A stretch of 35,177 bases of DNA, taken from Saprolegnia diclina VS20. Taxonomy: Eukaryota. Location: NCBI RefSeq assembly GCF_000281045.1, contig NW_008246086.1, positions 250,446-285,622 of the forward strand, given 5' to 3'. The translations under genes were made by a program, and so were the position numbers. Positions 22,642 to 31,570 of this stretch are shown here, in pieces; the stretch's first letter is position 1; each line of letters starts with the position of its first letter. The notes under the pieces were generated by a model, which ran no database searches, had not been told where the DNA came from, and saw nothing but the letters and a program-made list of their open reading frames with translations.

Positions 22642-24390
22642 ATGGAGCGACCGCGGTTCCCGCATGGGAGAGCCGCCGACCCGCGAGACATAACGATTGA
22701 AAAGTGGACGCGACAGCAAGCAACTCGGAGCTCATGACCGAGGCTAGGCTGCGCGCCGACCGGGCGACGCTCAAGGAGCGGCTAAAGGCGGCGACCGACG
22801 AGAACGAGCTACTCCGCGTGCGCGGCCAGCAAGAGAAGGACCACTTCTCTCGCGAGTACGCGCAGGTAGAGGCCCGCTTGCGCATTGCCAACACGACGCT
22901 CGAGCGCAGCCGCAAGCACGTTGAGGCGACGATCCTCGAGCGCGACGTCAAGATTGACCAGCTGCAGAAGCACGTGGACCTCCAGCAGCAGCTCATCGAG
23001 TCATACCGGAAGCAGTCGTCGACGATGTACAGCACAATCATCGAGAACGGTACCGACGCGCTCAAGAAGAGCATGCGAAGCTCGTTTTCCCGGTCTGCGA
23101 TCGGCCCCAACAACCAGGTAGACGCACGTGCGCGCGACCGTGCGTCGGTCAATGCGCTGCGACGTAGGTGGACGACGACGATACTAGCAGCGTCCACGCC
23201 CGCAACGACCGCGACAGTGATGCCCGCGTTCATGCGCTCGAGCAGCAAGTACGTCTGCCGAGTGGCCTGCGCGTTGGCAACATCATTGTAGGTCACCAAG
23301 CTCTTTGGGCAGCTTGAGGACGAGCGCGCCGAAGCCGACGCATTGGCGGCTCACGTCGACCAGCAAAAAGCTGTCAATGTAAAGCTCATGAAAACGATCA
23401 AGACGCTCAAGCGCAAGCTCGACGAGAGCAGTGAAAAAAGCAGCATCGAGCACATGTTGACGGACCTCCAAGGCCGCTTTCGCAAGGTGTCGCTCGAGCA
23501 AGAGGCCATGTCGGCCGCGCTCCAAACAGCCAACGACAAGGTGCTCTCTCATTCTTGCTACCACTCGAAGTGGCACTCATCATCGCCTAGCTCGCACGCG
23601 CTAGCGACGAGGTTACAACGCTGCGGTCGGACCTGGCGGCCAAGGAAGCCAAACTCGCAGAGGCGTCGGCGACGAGCACGATCCGCGACAGTGAAATTCA
23701 AAGTCTTTTGCAGAAGATTGGCAAGCAGGACCACTACATTGCGGACCTCGAAGCCGACTACAAGGTCGCAACTCTGTTACGTCTACCCCTCAACTGTCAA
23801 GCACGGCGTAGACGCTCGGAACGCCTGGTCTCGCCCACGTACACACATCTGCAGTACGTACTCGACGTGCGGTGAGTGGATCGTCAAAGCGACGATAGGT
23901 ACATCAACTGAAGCAGCAAGTGGGACGGAAGAACGAAGAGCTGGCCGCGCTCGAGCTCCGCATCAAGCAACTCGAGCGGGAAAAGACGCTGGACACCAGG
24001 GCATCACCAGCACCCGACAATGACGACGACGACAACGAAGCGACGGCTGCGTCGCGCCTCTCGCTTACAGACCTCGACCAGCTGTACACACAGGTACGTC
24101 ACTGCTAGGATGTCCCAATCTTTGATATTTGCTGCTAGGCGCTGCGGGTGGAGCACAAAGCACAGGTGATTGCATCGATGGCCGCCTCGTTTGACGACGG
24201 CGGCGACCTCAATGCGCTCCTGCACACGCTCGACGACCCTGTCGAGTCGCCGGTGCTCACGAGCATTCCCGAAGGCAAGCAGCAGCTGCTCATGTCCCTC
24301 CTCTCAGCGCAGTCGACGCTCGACATGTTGTCGGACACGTTTGCGTGTACGTATGCCAAGAACCTCGGTGCGAGGTGCGCCATGCAATAG
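22642..24390 (+). CDS. Multi-exon coiled-coil protein with a CEP85-like C-terminus and CaaX (CAMQ)
   Basis: Heptad-rich exons. The terminal ...GDLNALL...LSDTFACTYAKNLGARCAMQ* resembles the CEP85-family end as I recall it (SDRYAQDMG.NC.TQ). Internal exon boundaries were only partly traced. Confidence 0.65.
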
Positions 24391-24524
24391 ATCGTATTTC
24401 CAACATTTATACTGCCTTTTGGACATTAAATCGGCGAGTTATCCGAGACATTTCCTTTTACGCGAAGGAAAACACGAAACAATATACTAGTAGACGATCA
24501 CATTCATAAAATACCAAACGACCC

Positions 24525-26582
24525 CTAGCGCGCAGTCTTGACAAGATCGAGGTACGTCGTCATGGCAACTCGGACGGTGGCGCAGCCCGCCACCGAGGTG
24601 TCCAAGCAGTCGATCGAGAACCGGCCAGCTTGGGTGCCACCACGAGCAGTCCCGTCGCACGTCGACGCAACTGCGCCCAGCGCCTCCAGAAGCGGTCGAC
24701 CGTCGTTCTTCGACCAGCGCTCGTCGTTGCGAGGCATCTCAAGCTCCGTGATTGGGCTAAACACCATGTGCGATGGAAGCGCATTGGCCACGTCGGTGGC
24801 GACGGCGTAGGCGGCAGCGACAGCGGCGGCGTCCACTGGGCGGGCATGGGCGAACCGGAGACTCGCGATACATGCGTCCGTCTCGATGCAGGGCGCATTA
24901 GCTTGGGCGCGCCGCAGATACGTCTCGATCGACGCCGTAAGCGGTGTGTAGCTGCACACGAGATGCGCAACGGCACTGAGCTCGGCAAAGTCGCTGAACC
25001 GGTCCCAAAAGAGCCGCGGTGACTGCACGTAAAAGGCGTCCCAGTGCAAGGCGGCGCCAAAATCACCACTCTTGGTCGTGTACGCATGCAACCCCGCAAG
25101 CAGTTTGGCCGGCTCCAGCGATGGGTACAGCGACGACGCGAGTGCGACGATCGCGGCTTCGGCGACGCGCCGGCCCTTGGGCGACAGGCCGGCGCCGTGC
25201 ACGCGCGGGTCTAGCACCATTGCAGCCATCCAGTGCAGCTCACCGAATGTCTCTAGCTCGTTTCCAAAAGCTGACGCGTACGCGGCCTTGGCGTCGTCGG
25301 CGATCCCGACGGCGTGGAGCACAGCACCGAGGCTCCACGCAAATGTCGCCGCCAGCATGCCGGACGACACACCTGGTATCGCAGAGAGGGCCGAAAGCAC
25401 AACGTGTGGCGCAAGCAGAGCGTCTGCGACGCGGAGAAGCGAGCCGTCGCCACCTTGCAGTAGCTCGTTCGGCGCCAGTCGCATCGCTTGCTTGAGAACG
25501 ATCGCGTGCTCGAGCCACGAGCGCGGCGCCGCGATGACGGTGTGCTTAGCGTGTGTCCATGCGTGCAGCAGCTCGGGACGGGACGCGACCGCTGCGGTGA
25601 CGCGCGCCGCGGCGTCAAATGCCGCGGCCACCGACGGCACGTGTTGCACAAGCGCAGCGAGATGCCGCACCGAGACGCGGCCCATGCAGGTGCCCGTCAG
25701 CGTTACGTAGCTCGCTTTCGCACTGCTGTCGTTGCTGCAGACGTTGACGACAGCGTGGTGCGGCGAGAGGTACGACTGCACGGTCGCCAAGATCGTGGCG
25801 CCGTCCATGCTCGGTGCCATGCGTTCCAGCTGGTAGGCCGTCGCGTCTTCGTTGAGGAGGACGACGTTGGTGTACTGGTCGACGCGCGTGTCGAGCACGA
25901 GCGTAAGGAACTGCGCAGTGTCGGCAAAGCGGCGCATGGCGTCGTGCAGCGCGCTTTGCAGCCGCGGCAACACGATTGAGCGCGCCGCCGCCACGGTCAG
26001 CGGCCCCGCTCCCGGCGGTTGGAGCGAGCCAAGCGCCGCTGTGTAAAACGGGTTCTCAAGCAGCGTCCATGGCACGTCTTCGGTGATGAGGGCAAGCACC
26101 ATCTTGTCACTGTACGCGCTAGTGACGATGTCGTTACTCTCGGCGGCGCGGTGGACGGCTGCCTTGGCTGCTGCATCCACAACAGTGCACTCGGACGCAA
26201 TGTGGTGCTCCATGCGGCTGCGGTTCTGGCTCGTTTCCTTCTTGCAGTGGACGCACTTGAAGCGCTTGCCCTTGAGCGTCTCGGCGCTCAGAACAAAATG
26301 TTCGTAGATCGCACCGCGCTTTCGCCCTGGCTGGAGTGTCGTCTCGGTACTCGGTGGCAGTGACGGCGGTTCGCGCGATGGCGTGGGCTGGAGCACGGGG
26401 CACTCTTCGAGATGGCTTTCCATGCGCTTGCGGTTCTGGCTCGTCTCCTTCTCGCAGTGCTTGCACTTGAAGCGCTTGATGTTGCCGCGCTCGGAGGCGA
26501 GCGTAAAGTGCTCGTACACCGGGCCACGCTTGCGCCCAAGGCGCGACGGCGCTTTGCCGTCGACGTCGTCGGCAGCGTCCAT
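24525..26582 (-). CDS. hAT transposase-derived protein with two BED zinc fingers (ZBED-like, probably domesticated); intronless
   Basis: Two (V/I)YEHF...FKCxHC...RMExH...C fingers, DVPWTLLENPF, FLTLVLD, MVLDPR, and the hAT dimerisation-like PRLFWD...ELSAVA...TASIE. Confidence 0.8.
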   Translation of the reverse strand: MDAADDVDGKAPSRLGRKRGPVYEHFTLASERGNIKRFKCKHCEKETSQNRKRMESHLEECPVLQPTPSREPPSLPPSTETTLQPGRKRGAIYEHFVLSAETLKGKRFKCVHCKKETSQNRSRMEHHIASECTVVDAAAKAAVHRAAESNDIVTSAYSDKMVLALITEDVPWTLLENPFYTAALGSLQPPGAGPLTVAAARSIVLPRLQSALHDAMRRFADTAQFLTLVLDTRVDQYTNVVLLNEDATAYQLERMAPSMDGATILATVQSYLSPHHAVVNVCSNDSSAKASYVTLTGTCMGRVSVRHLAALVQHVPSVAAAFDAAARVTAAVASRPELLHAWTHAKHTVIAAPRSWLEHAIVLKQAMRLAPNELLQGGDGSLLRVADALLAPHVVLSALSAIPGVSSGMLAATFAWSLGAVLHAVGIADDAKAAYASAFGNELETFGELHWMAAMVLDPRVHGAGLSPKGRRVAEAAIVALASSLYPSLEPAKLLAGLHAYTTKSGDFGAALHWDAFYVQSPRLFWDRFSDFAELSAVAHLVCSYTPLTASIETYLRRAQANAPCIETDACIASLRFAHARPVDAAAVAAAYAVATDVANALPSHMVFSPITELEMPRNDERWSKNDGRPLLEALGAVASTCDGTARGGTQAGRFSIDCLDTSVAGCATVRVAMTTYLDLVKTAR

Positions 26583-26681
26583 CGTCGTCGACCGTTGGCC
26601 AATGGCCTTCCTTATCGCGGCGTCGGTGATTGGCGCAAATCTTTACGTCTTTTTACGGCACTTTACGGATAATTGACCGAC

Positions 26682-27084
26682 NNNNNNNNNNNNNNNNNNN
26701 NNNNNNNNNNNNNNNNNNNNNNNNNNNNNNNNNNNNNNNNNNNNNNNNNNNNNNNNNNNNNNNNNNNNNNNNNNNNNNNNNNNNNNNNNNNNNNNNNNNN
26801 NNNNNNNNNNNNNNNNNNNNNNNNNNNNNNNNNNNNNNNNNNNNNNNNNNNNNNNNNNNNNNNNNNNNNNNNNNNNNNNNNNNNNNNNNNNNNNNNNNNN
26901 NNNNNNNNNNNNNNNNNNNNNNNNNNNNNNNNNNNNNNNNNNNNNNNNNNNNNNNNNNNNNNNNNNNNNNNNNNNNNNNNNNNNNNNNNNNNNNNNNNNN
27001 NNNNNNNNNNNNNNNNNNNNNNNNNNNNNNNNNNNNNNNNNNNNNNNNNNNNNNNNNNNNNNNNNNNNNNNNNNNNNNNNNNNN
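26682..27084. other. Assembly gap (403 N)
   Basis: Run of N. Confidence 1.
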
Positions 27085-27708
27085 GACGCGGCTGCGTTGT
27101 CAAATGCGAATGCGTGTTGCTGGCTGATGCTTGTTGATGGACCGTGAGCAACACCTTACGTACACGACGCAAGCGGCTGATTGCCTGGATGACGAGCGTC
27201 TCATGGCCGTCTTATCTGGCGCTTGCAGCACGGTTCGTTGGCTCGTCGAGAGAGCACGGGAAGTGGCGCTACGCTGGCTGCAAGTGGCAAACTGCATGTG
27301 GACTTGCAGTAGACTCGGCTTCCTTCGCGCAGTGACAGCTGCGCCTCCGTGGGAGTGGACGCTTTTATTGCAAGGTTGCTTGCAGAGGTGCTTGCAGTGG
27401 TGTTTGCTCCAGTTGGACCACCCAAAAACGAAGCCGTGCGTCGTGATCACAGGCAAGGTCAGAACTTAACGGCGACATCAACTTGTCAGTCGTCACTATT
27501 TTCACTTCGAAGGAATGTACATGATATACGACCCGAACTTGACGCGACACACTTGTGACGTTATAATAAATACGCAGTGTCTGTTTCGTCAACAGCCACT
27601 GGCTATGGCGTCGAAACAGAAATATCTGGGACAGTCCGCGTATTTTAATTAAATTAAAAAATCAAGCCGTTGCGGCAATCTCAGATCTTATTTTCCGACT
27701 TGCTGCGA

Positions 27709-30276
27709 ATGGAGCTCTGGGGCACGCTGCGCCACAAGATCAGCGGCGGCGCCATCGACTCGGACTCGGACGCGTACGTCCAGCAGTTCTTTGATGCGAC
27801 GCCCGAAGAGGACGCGTGGGCGATCGCGCACTACCGCGACGCCGTCACCGCCTTTGTGACGCAGCACGTGGCCGACGGTCGCCGCGTCGCGCTCGTCACG
27901 TCGGGCTCGGCGACCGTGCCGCTCAACGACCAAGGCTCGATGGACGCGGTCTCGTACGGTGACCGCGGCGCCGCGAGCGCCGAGCAGCTGCTCCGCGCCG
28001 GCTACGCGGTGCTCTTTCTGCACCGCCAAGGTTCGCTCGCGCCCTTCTCGCGCCATTTCCAGCGCTACATTCAAGACAACGTGTTCATGTCCATGTGCCA
28101 AATGGACGACGAAGGCAGCTTGGTGTTTCGGAGTGACGACGCCGACCGCAAGGCGTTCATTGCCGAGGTGCTCGAGAGCTCCCATGCCACGTCGGCGCGG
28201 CTCTTCCACCTCCGCTTCACGACAGTCCAGCAGTACATGCACTATCTCCGCATGGCCTCGATGGCGCTCGAGGGAGTCGGCACGCGCGGGCTCATCTTGC
28301 TCGGCGCGTCGGTCCTCGACTACTATGTGCCGTCGTCGACAACGACCGCGATCTACTCCAACTTGAACGCAGACAGCATGCCGACGTCGCCGTCGCAGAA
28401 GGAGAAGAACGCGCTCACGCTCAACCTCGTGCGCACGCCAAATTTGATCCGGAAGATCCGCAAGGAGTACGCGCCGACGTCGTTTCTCATCACACTCAAG
28501 GCCGTGGCCGACAAGAACCTCATGCACGAAGCGTCATACAACGACATTGAGCGCTGGGGCGTCGACCTTGTCGTTGCCAACTCGCCGATGCTGCCCGACG
28601 AGCTAGCGCTCATTTCCGAGCAAGAAGAGTTTATTGTCGCGCCCAAGCTCGAGAACGACGTGGACCTCGACACGCTCTGCGCGGCCGCGCTCGTCGAGGC
28701 GCACCGCAACTTTACCACGTCGCGCTCGATCCTCAAGCAGAGCAAGGCGCTGCTGCTCATGACGGCCAAATTCTCGATGATGAAGGAGAACGATACGCTC
28801 AACGTCGATGCAGACGGCAACAAGAACGTGTCCTTCAAGGTGGGCGTCCGCGTCCGTGTCGACCGGTCGCTCGGCGATGCGTCGCCCATCTACGAGCTCA
28901 AGCACATTTTTCAAAACCGCAGCCACTGCGCCCGCGCCCACATTTGGCAGCGCGTCGACGGCGACATGAACGTCATGGTGGCCTTCTCGCCGGCCGGCAC
29001 GCCCGACACGGTGCGCGCGCTCTGGGGCGACTTTTGGGGCGGCTGGGCCGAAGACGAGATTGCCGAGTTCAAGGAGCAGGTCGGCCACCTCTCGCTTGGG
29101 TCGGCGCTCTACGGCCTCGCGCAAGGGGTCACGGCGACCGTCGGCGGCGACTACTCGCAAGCACACCAAATGCTGAGTTACATTGCGTCCAAGATTGGCT
29201 CGGCGTGGTCGGAAGGCGAGCAGACGCGCATTCGCCAAGCCATCCAAAACATGCTGGCCGTCAACTTCAACCGCGGCCTCGTCGAGTGGACCGACTTGCA
29301 CTCGGTGGACGACATTCGGTTTGCAGCGTCGACGGTCCCGAGTCTCCAGCGCAGCGGCACGATGACGTGCCAAGAAGCCGAGATGCTCTCCGTGCGGCGC
29401 AAGCCGCGCTCGGGCAGCGGCGACCTCAGCAACGACGGCGAGAGCGACGACGACAAGTACGCGCGCGCCGAAGTGGTCAAGGTGCACAAGGCCCTTCTCT
29501 CGTACTTTGACGAAATGGTCGAAGAAGGGCTCATTGACGCGGTCCTGCCGTACGTCGCCAATGGTATTCCCATGCACGTGACGGGCTACTCGATGGGCGG
29601 TATGCTCGGGCAGCTCTTTTGCCTCAAGCTCGCCGACGTGGCGTTTGCCAAGTGCAATGTGCCAAAGAGCAATCTGGCCAACGTGACGGGCGTGTTCTTT
29701 GGCACGCCGCGCGTCGGCGACGCGGGGTTTGCAGCGCGCCTCAAGCTTCTCTACGGCGGGTACCAGCTGCTCAATGTCATGCACCCACTCGACACGGTGC
29801 ATGCGTTCCCGCCGACCTCGGAAGGCTACGCCGACGCGATGCTCAAGGTATTTTTGAAGGAGGATGGCGCGTCGATGGGCCGTCGGCGCGCGACACGCTT
29901 CTCGATGCTGCCGCTCTCGCGCCGCATGGACAAGCTCATTGATGCGGCCAAGGCGCGCTCGACCGAGCCGTGCAAGCTCTGCGCCCGCGTCGACCACGAG
30001 ACGGACCACCACCGGTGCCGCTACTGCACGCGGCGCGGAGATCACCGCGGCGACGCGTGCCCGTACCGTGCCGAGGGCTGCGTGCTCTGCGGCAGCAAGC
30101 GCCACGCGACTGGCGAACACCGCTGCAGCGTCTGCGCGCAGTATGGCCACCGCGGCCGCGACTGCCACCAGCAGAGCACAGTCGGCACGCTGGAGATGCT
30201 CGCGTACTTTCGCTTTCACGACTTTTTGTACTACAACAACAACCTGAAAAAGTCGGTCGAGTTTTCGACGGGCTAA
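27709..30276 (+). CDS. Fusion protein: PPCS/CoaB-like domain + class 3 lipase + four Cys/His zinc-knuckle-like units; intronless, 855 aa
   Basis: The N-terminal VALVTSGSATVPL...GDRGAASAEQLLRAGYAVLFLHR...ASVLDYY...LVVAN matches eukaryotic PPCS. Lipase motifs are VHKALL, VTGYSMGG, FFGTPRVGDAGF, HPLDTV and a terminal FH..YY. CxxC-x4/5-H-x4-H/C repeats lie at about 29971-30166. Confidence 0.85.
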   Translation: MELWGTLRHKISGGAIDSDSDAYVQQFFDATPEEDAWAIAHYRDAVTAFVTQHVADGRRVALVTSGSATVPLNDQGSMDAVSYGDRGAASAEQLLRAGYAVLFLHRQGSLAPFSRHFQRYIQDNVFMSMCQMDDEGSLVFRSDDADRKAFIAEVLESSHATSARLFHLRFTTVQQYMHYLRMASMALEGVGTRGLILLGASVLDYYVPSSTTTAIYSNLNADSMPTSPSQKEKNALTLNLVRTPNLIRKIRKEYAPTSFLITLKAVADKNLMHEASYNDIERWGVDLVVANSPMLPDELALISEQEEFIVAPKLENDVDLDTLCAAALVEAHRNFTTSRSILKQSKALLLMTAKFSMMKENDTLNVDADGNKNVSFKVGVRVRVDRSLGDASPIYELKHIFQNRSHCARAHIWQRVDGDMNVMVAFSPAGTPDTVRALWGDFWGGWAEDEIAEFKEQVGHLSLGSALYGLAQGVTATVGGDYSQAHQMLSYIASKIGSAWSEGEQTRIRQAIQNMLAVNFNRGLVEWTDLHSVDDIRFAASTVPSLQRSGTMTCQEAEMLSVRRKPRSGSGDLSNDGESDDDKYARAEVVKVHKALLSYFDEMVEEGLIDAVLPYVANGIPMHVTGYSMGGMLGQLFCLKLADVAFAKCNVPKSNLANVTGVFFGTPRVGDAGFAARLKLLYGGYQLLNVMHPLDTVHAFPPTSEGYADAMLKVFLKEDGASMGRRRATRFSMLPLSRRMDKLIDAAKARSTEPCKLCARVDHETDHHRCRYCTRRGDHRGDACPYRAEGCVLCGSKRHATGEHRCSVCAQYGHRGRDCHQQSTVGTLEMLAYFRFHDFLYYNNNLKKSVEFSTG

Positions 30277-30732
30277 GTTGCGCGGTTGGTTTTTTGTGTA
30301 TATTTAATATCAATCTTCTCGTTTTCATTCGAATTTGGTGAAGAATTGGACTTTGGGGTGGCGGAAGACTTCGGATTTGAAGAACAGGAGACTTGTCTCG
30401 CCGACTCGCTTACTCGAGTGGTGTGTATGGTCCAACTCACAGCGATTGATATGTATAGGAACGCGATGGTGAGTAGGGGTAGGGGTACCGTTGAGGGTTA
30501 GGGTTAAATGGCAGTCGCGATGCTAGCACCAGAGTGGCGTGCTATGGACGAGCACTTCACATGTGCTCGCTAGCGATGGCAGACCGCTAGTAGAACATCA
30601 CGGAATGGATGGCTGAATGGCTTCAGCGTCGCTTTCCGAGGACAAAGGGTCCGTCGACAGCGCATTTCCACTGCATTATCCACTGCATGGATTTTGCGTT
30701 TGGACTTGTTGATCGACACGAAACCTAATATC

Positions 30733-31269
30733 ATGACCTCGTACTTCTTTGGACGTGCCACGATGGTAGCCTTGGCCGTCGGGCTTGGAGGCTTGGCTAT
30801 CTACGACTCCAGCACGGCAAATGGAGAGGTGAACGACTGTATCACAGCGATCAAGCAACAAGCAGCTGCAGCGGATAAGTTCCTCCACACCTGGCAGCTG
30901 GAGCCCAATGGAGCAAATGCGACGATCCTGACCTTGAGAGATGACGTGGTAGCGATCACAGGTGAGTGGCACCAGGCAGTCTCAAACGGCCTCTTGGAAT
31001 GCCCATGGAGGTATGGACGACACGCCCTGGATCCTGTCGCCAGACACCACTTTCGAGGACACGGAGCGGTGGCCGTGCCTGGATGCACTGCCCATGTCAT
31101 TTCCGCCACACCGCAGCTAGCACCGATTCTCGAGACACCCAAGGACGACGACAACGAAGATTCCGACCACCACCAGAGCCAAAACCTGAGAAAAGCGGGT
31201 CTCAAGTTCGCATCAAAGCACCCTTCGTTCAGCTCGTCGCCCACCTCTGAGCACCCCAACAATCACTAG
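30733..31269 (+). CDS. Possible orphan protein with a hydrophobic N-terminus
   Basis: About 178 codons with a signal/anchor-like MVALAVGLGGLAIY. Codon bias is weaker than in the neighbours and no family was recognised. Confidence 0.3.
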   Translation: MTSYFFGRATMVALAVGLGGLAIYDSSTANGEVNDCITAIKQQAAAADKFLHTWQLEPNGANATILTLRDDVVAITGEWHQAVSNGLLECPWRYGRHALDPVARHHFRGHGAVAVPGCTAHVISATPQLAPILETPKDDDNEDSDHHQSQNLRKAGLKFASKHPSFSSSPTSEHPNNH

Positions 31270-31530
31270 ACAAACAGGTTGCATGTTGAACGAGTACGCC
31301 CCCACTTTTGTAAAGCAATAAGTGTTGAGATACGAGCGATCACTGGAAAGACCGACGATCGCAACTACTCGATCTTGCCCCGAAGTACTGTATTAGACCA
31401 TAGCTCTAGGACGCTTTGCAGCATTTGGACCTGGCTTCGGACTGGTCGGCGCTGGAGTTGGGATGCGAAGCTCTTGCCACCCAAATGGTTCTGAGAGGCT
31501 GTCGTCAGAGCTACACTCTTCCTGGTGTCA

Positions 31531-31550
31531 ATATATATATATATATATAT
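31531..31550. repeat. (AT)10 microsatellite
   Basis: Read directly. It lies just 3' of the stop codon of the Myb gene. Confidence 0.95.
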
Positions 31551-31570
31551 TTATCTACTGCAACAAGGGC

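Noticed and set aside
26630..27172. ORFs spanning poly-X
   Set aside because: Artefacts of the N gap.
29971..30166. Retroviral gag zinc knuckles indicating a retroelement
   Set aside because: They are embedded in frame inside a lipase domain, with no protease, RT, integrase or LTRs.
28603..30219. 538-aa minus-strand ORF, and similar long alternative ORFs over PDS5 (e.g. 9097-10323, 10044-11051)
   Set aside because: Shadow frames of well-supported genes.
30473..30506. Telomere-like TAGGG/TTAGGG run
   Set aside because: Only about two imperfect units, too short to call an interstitial telomere. Proximity to the Myb gene is probably coincidental.
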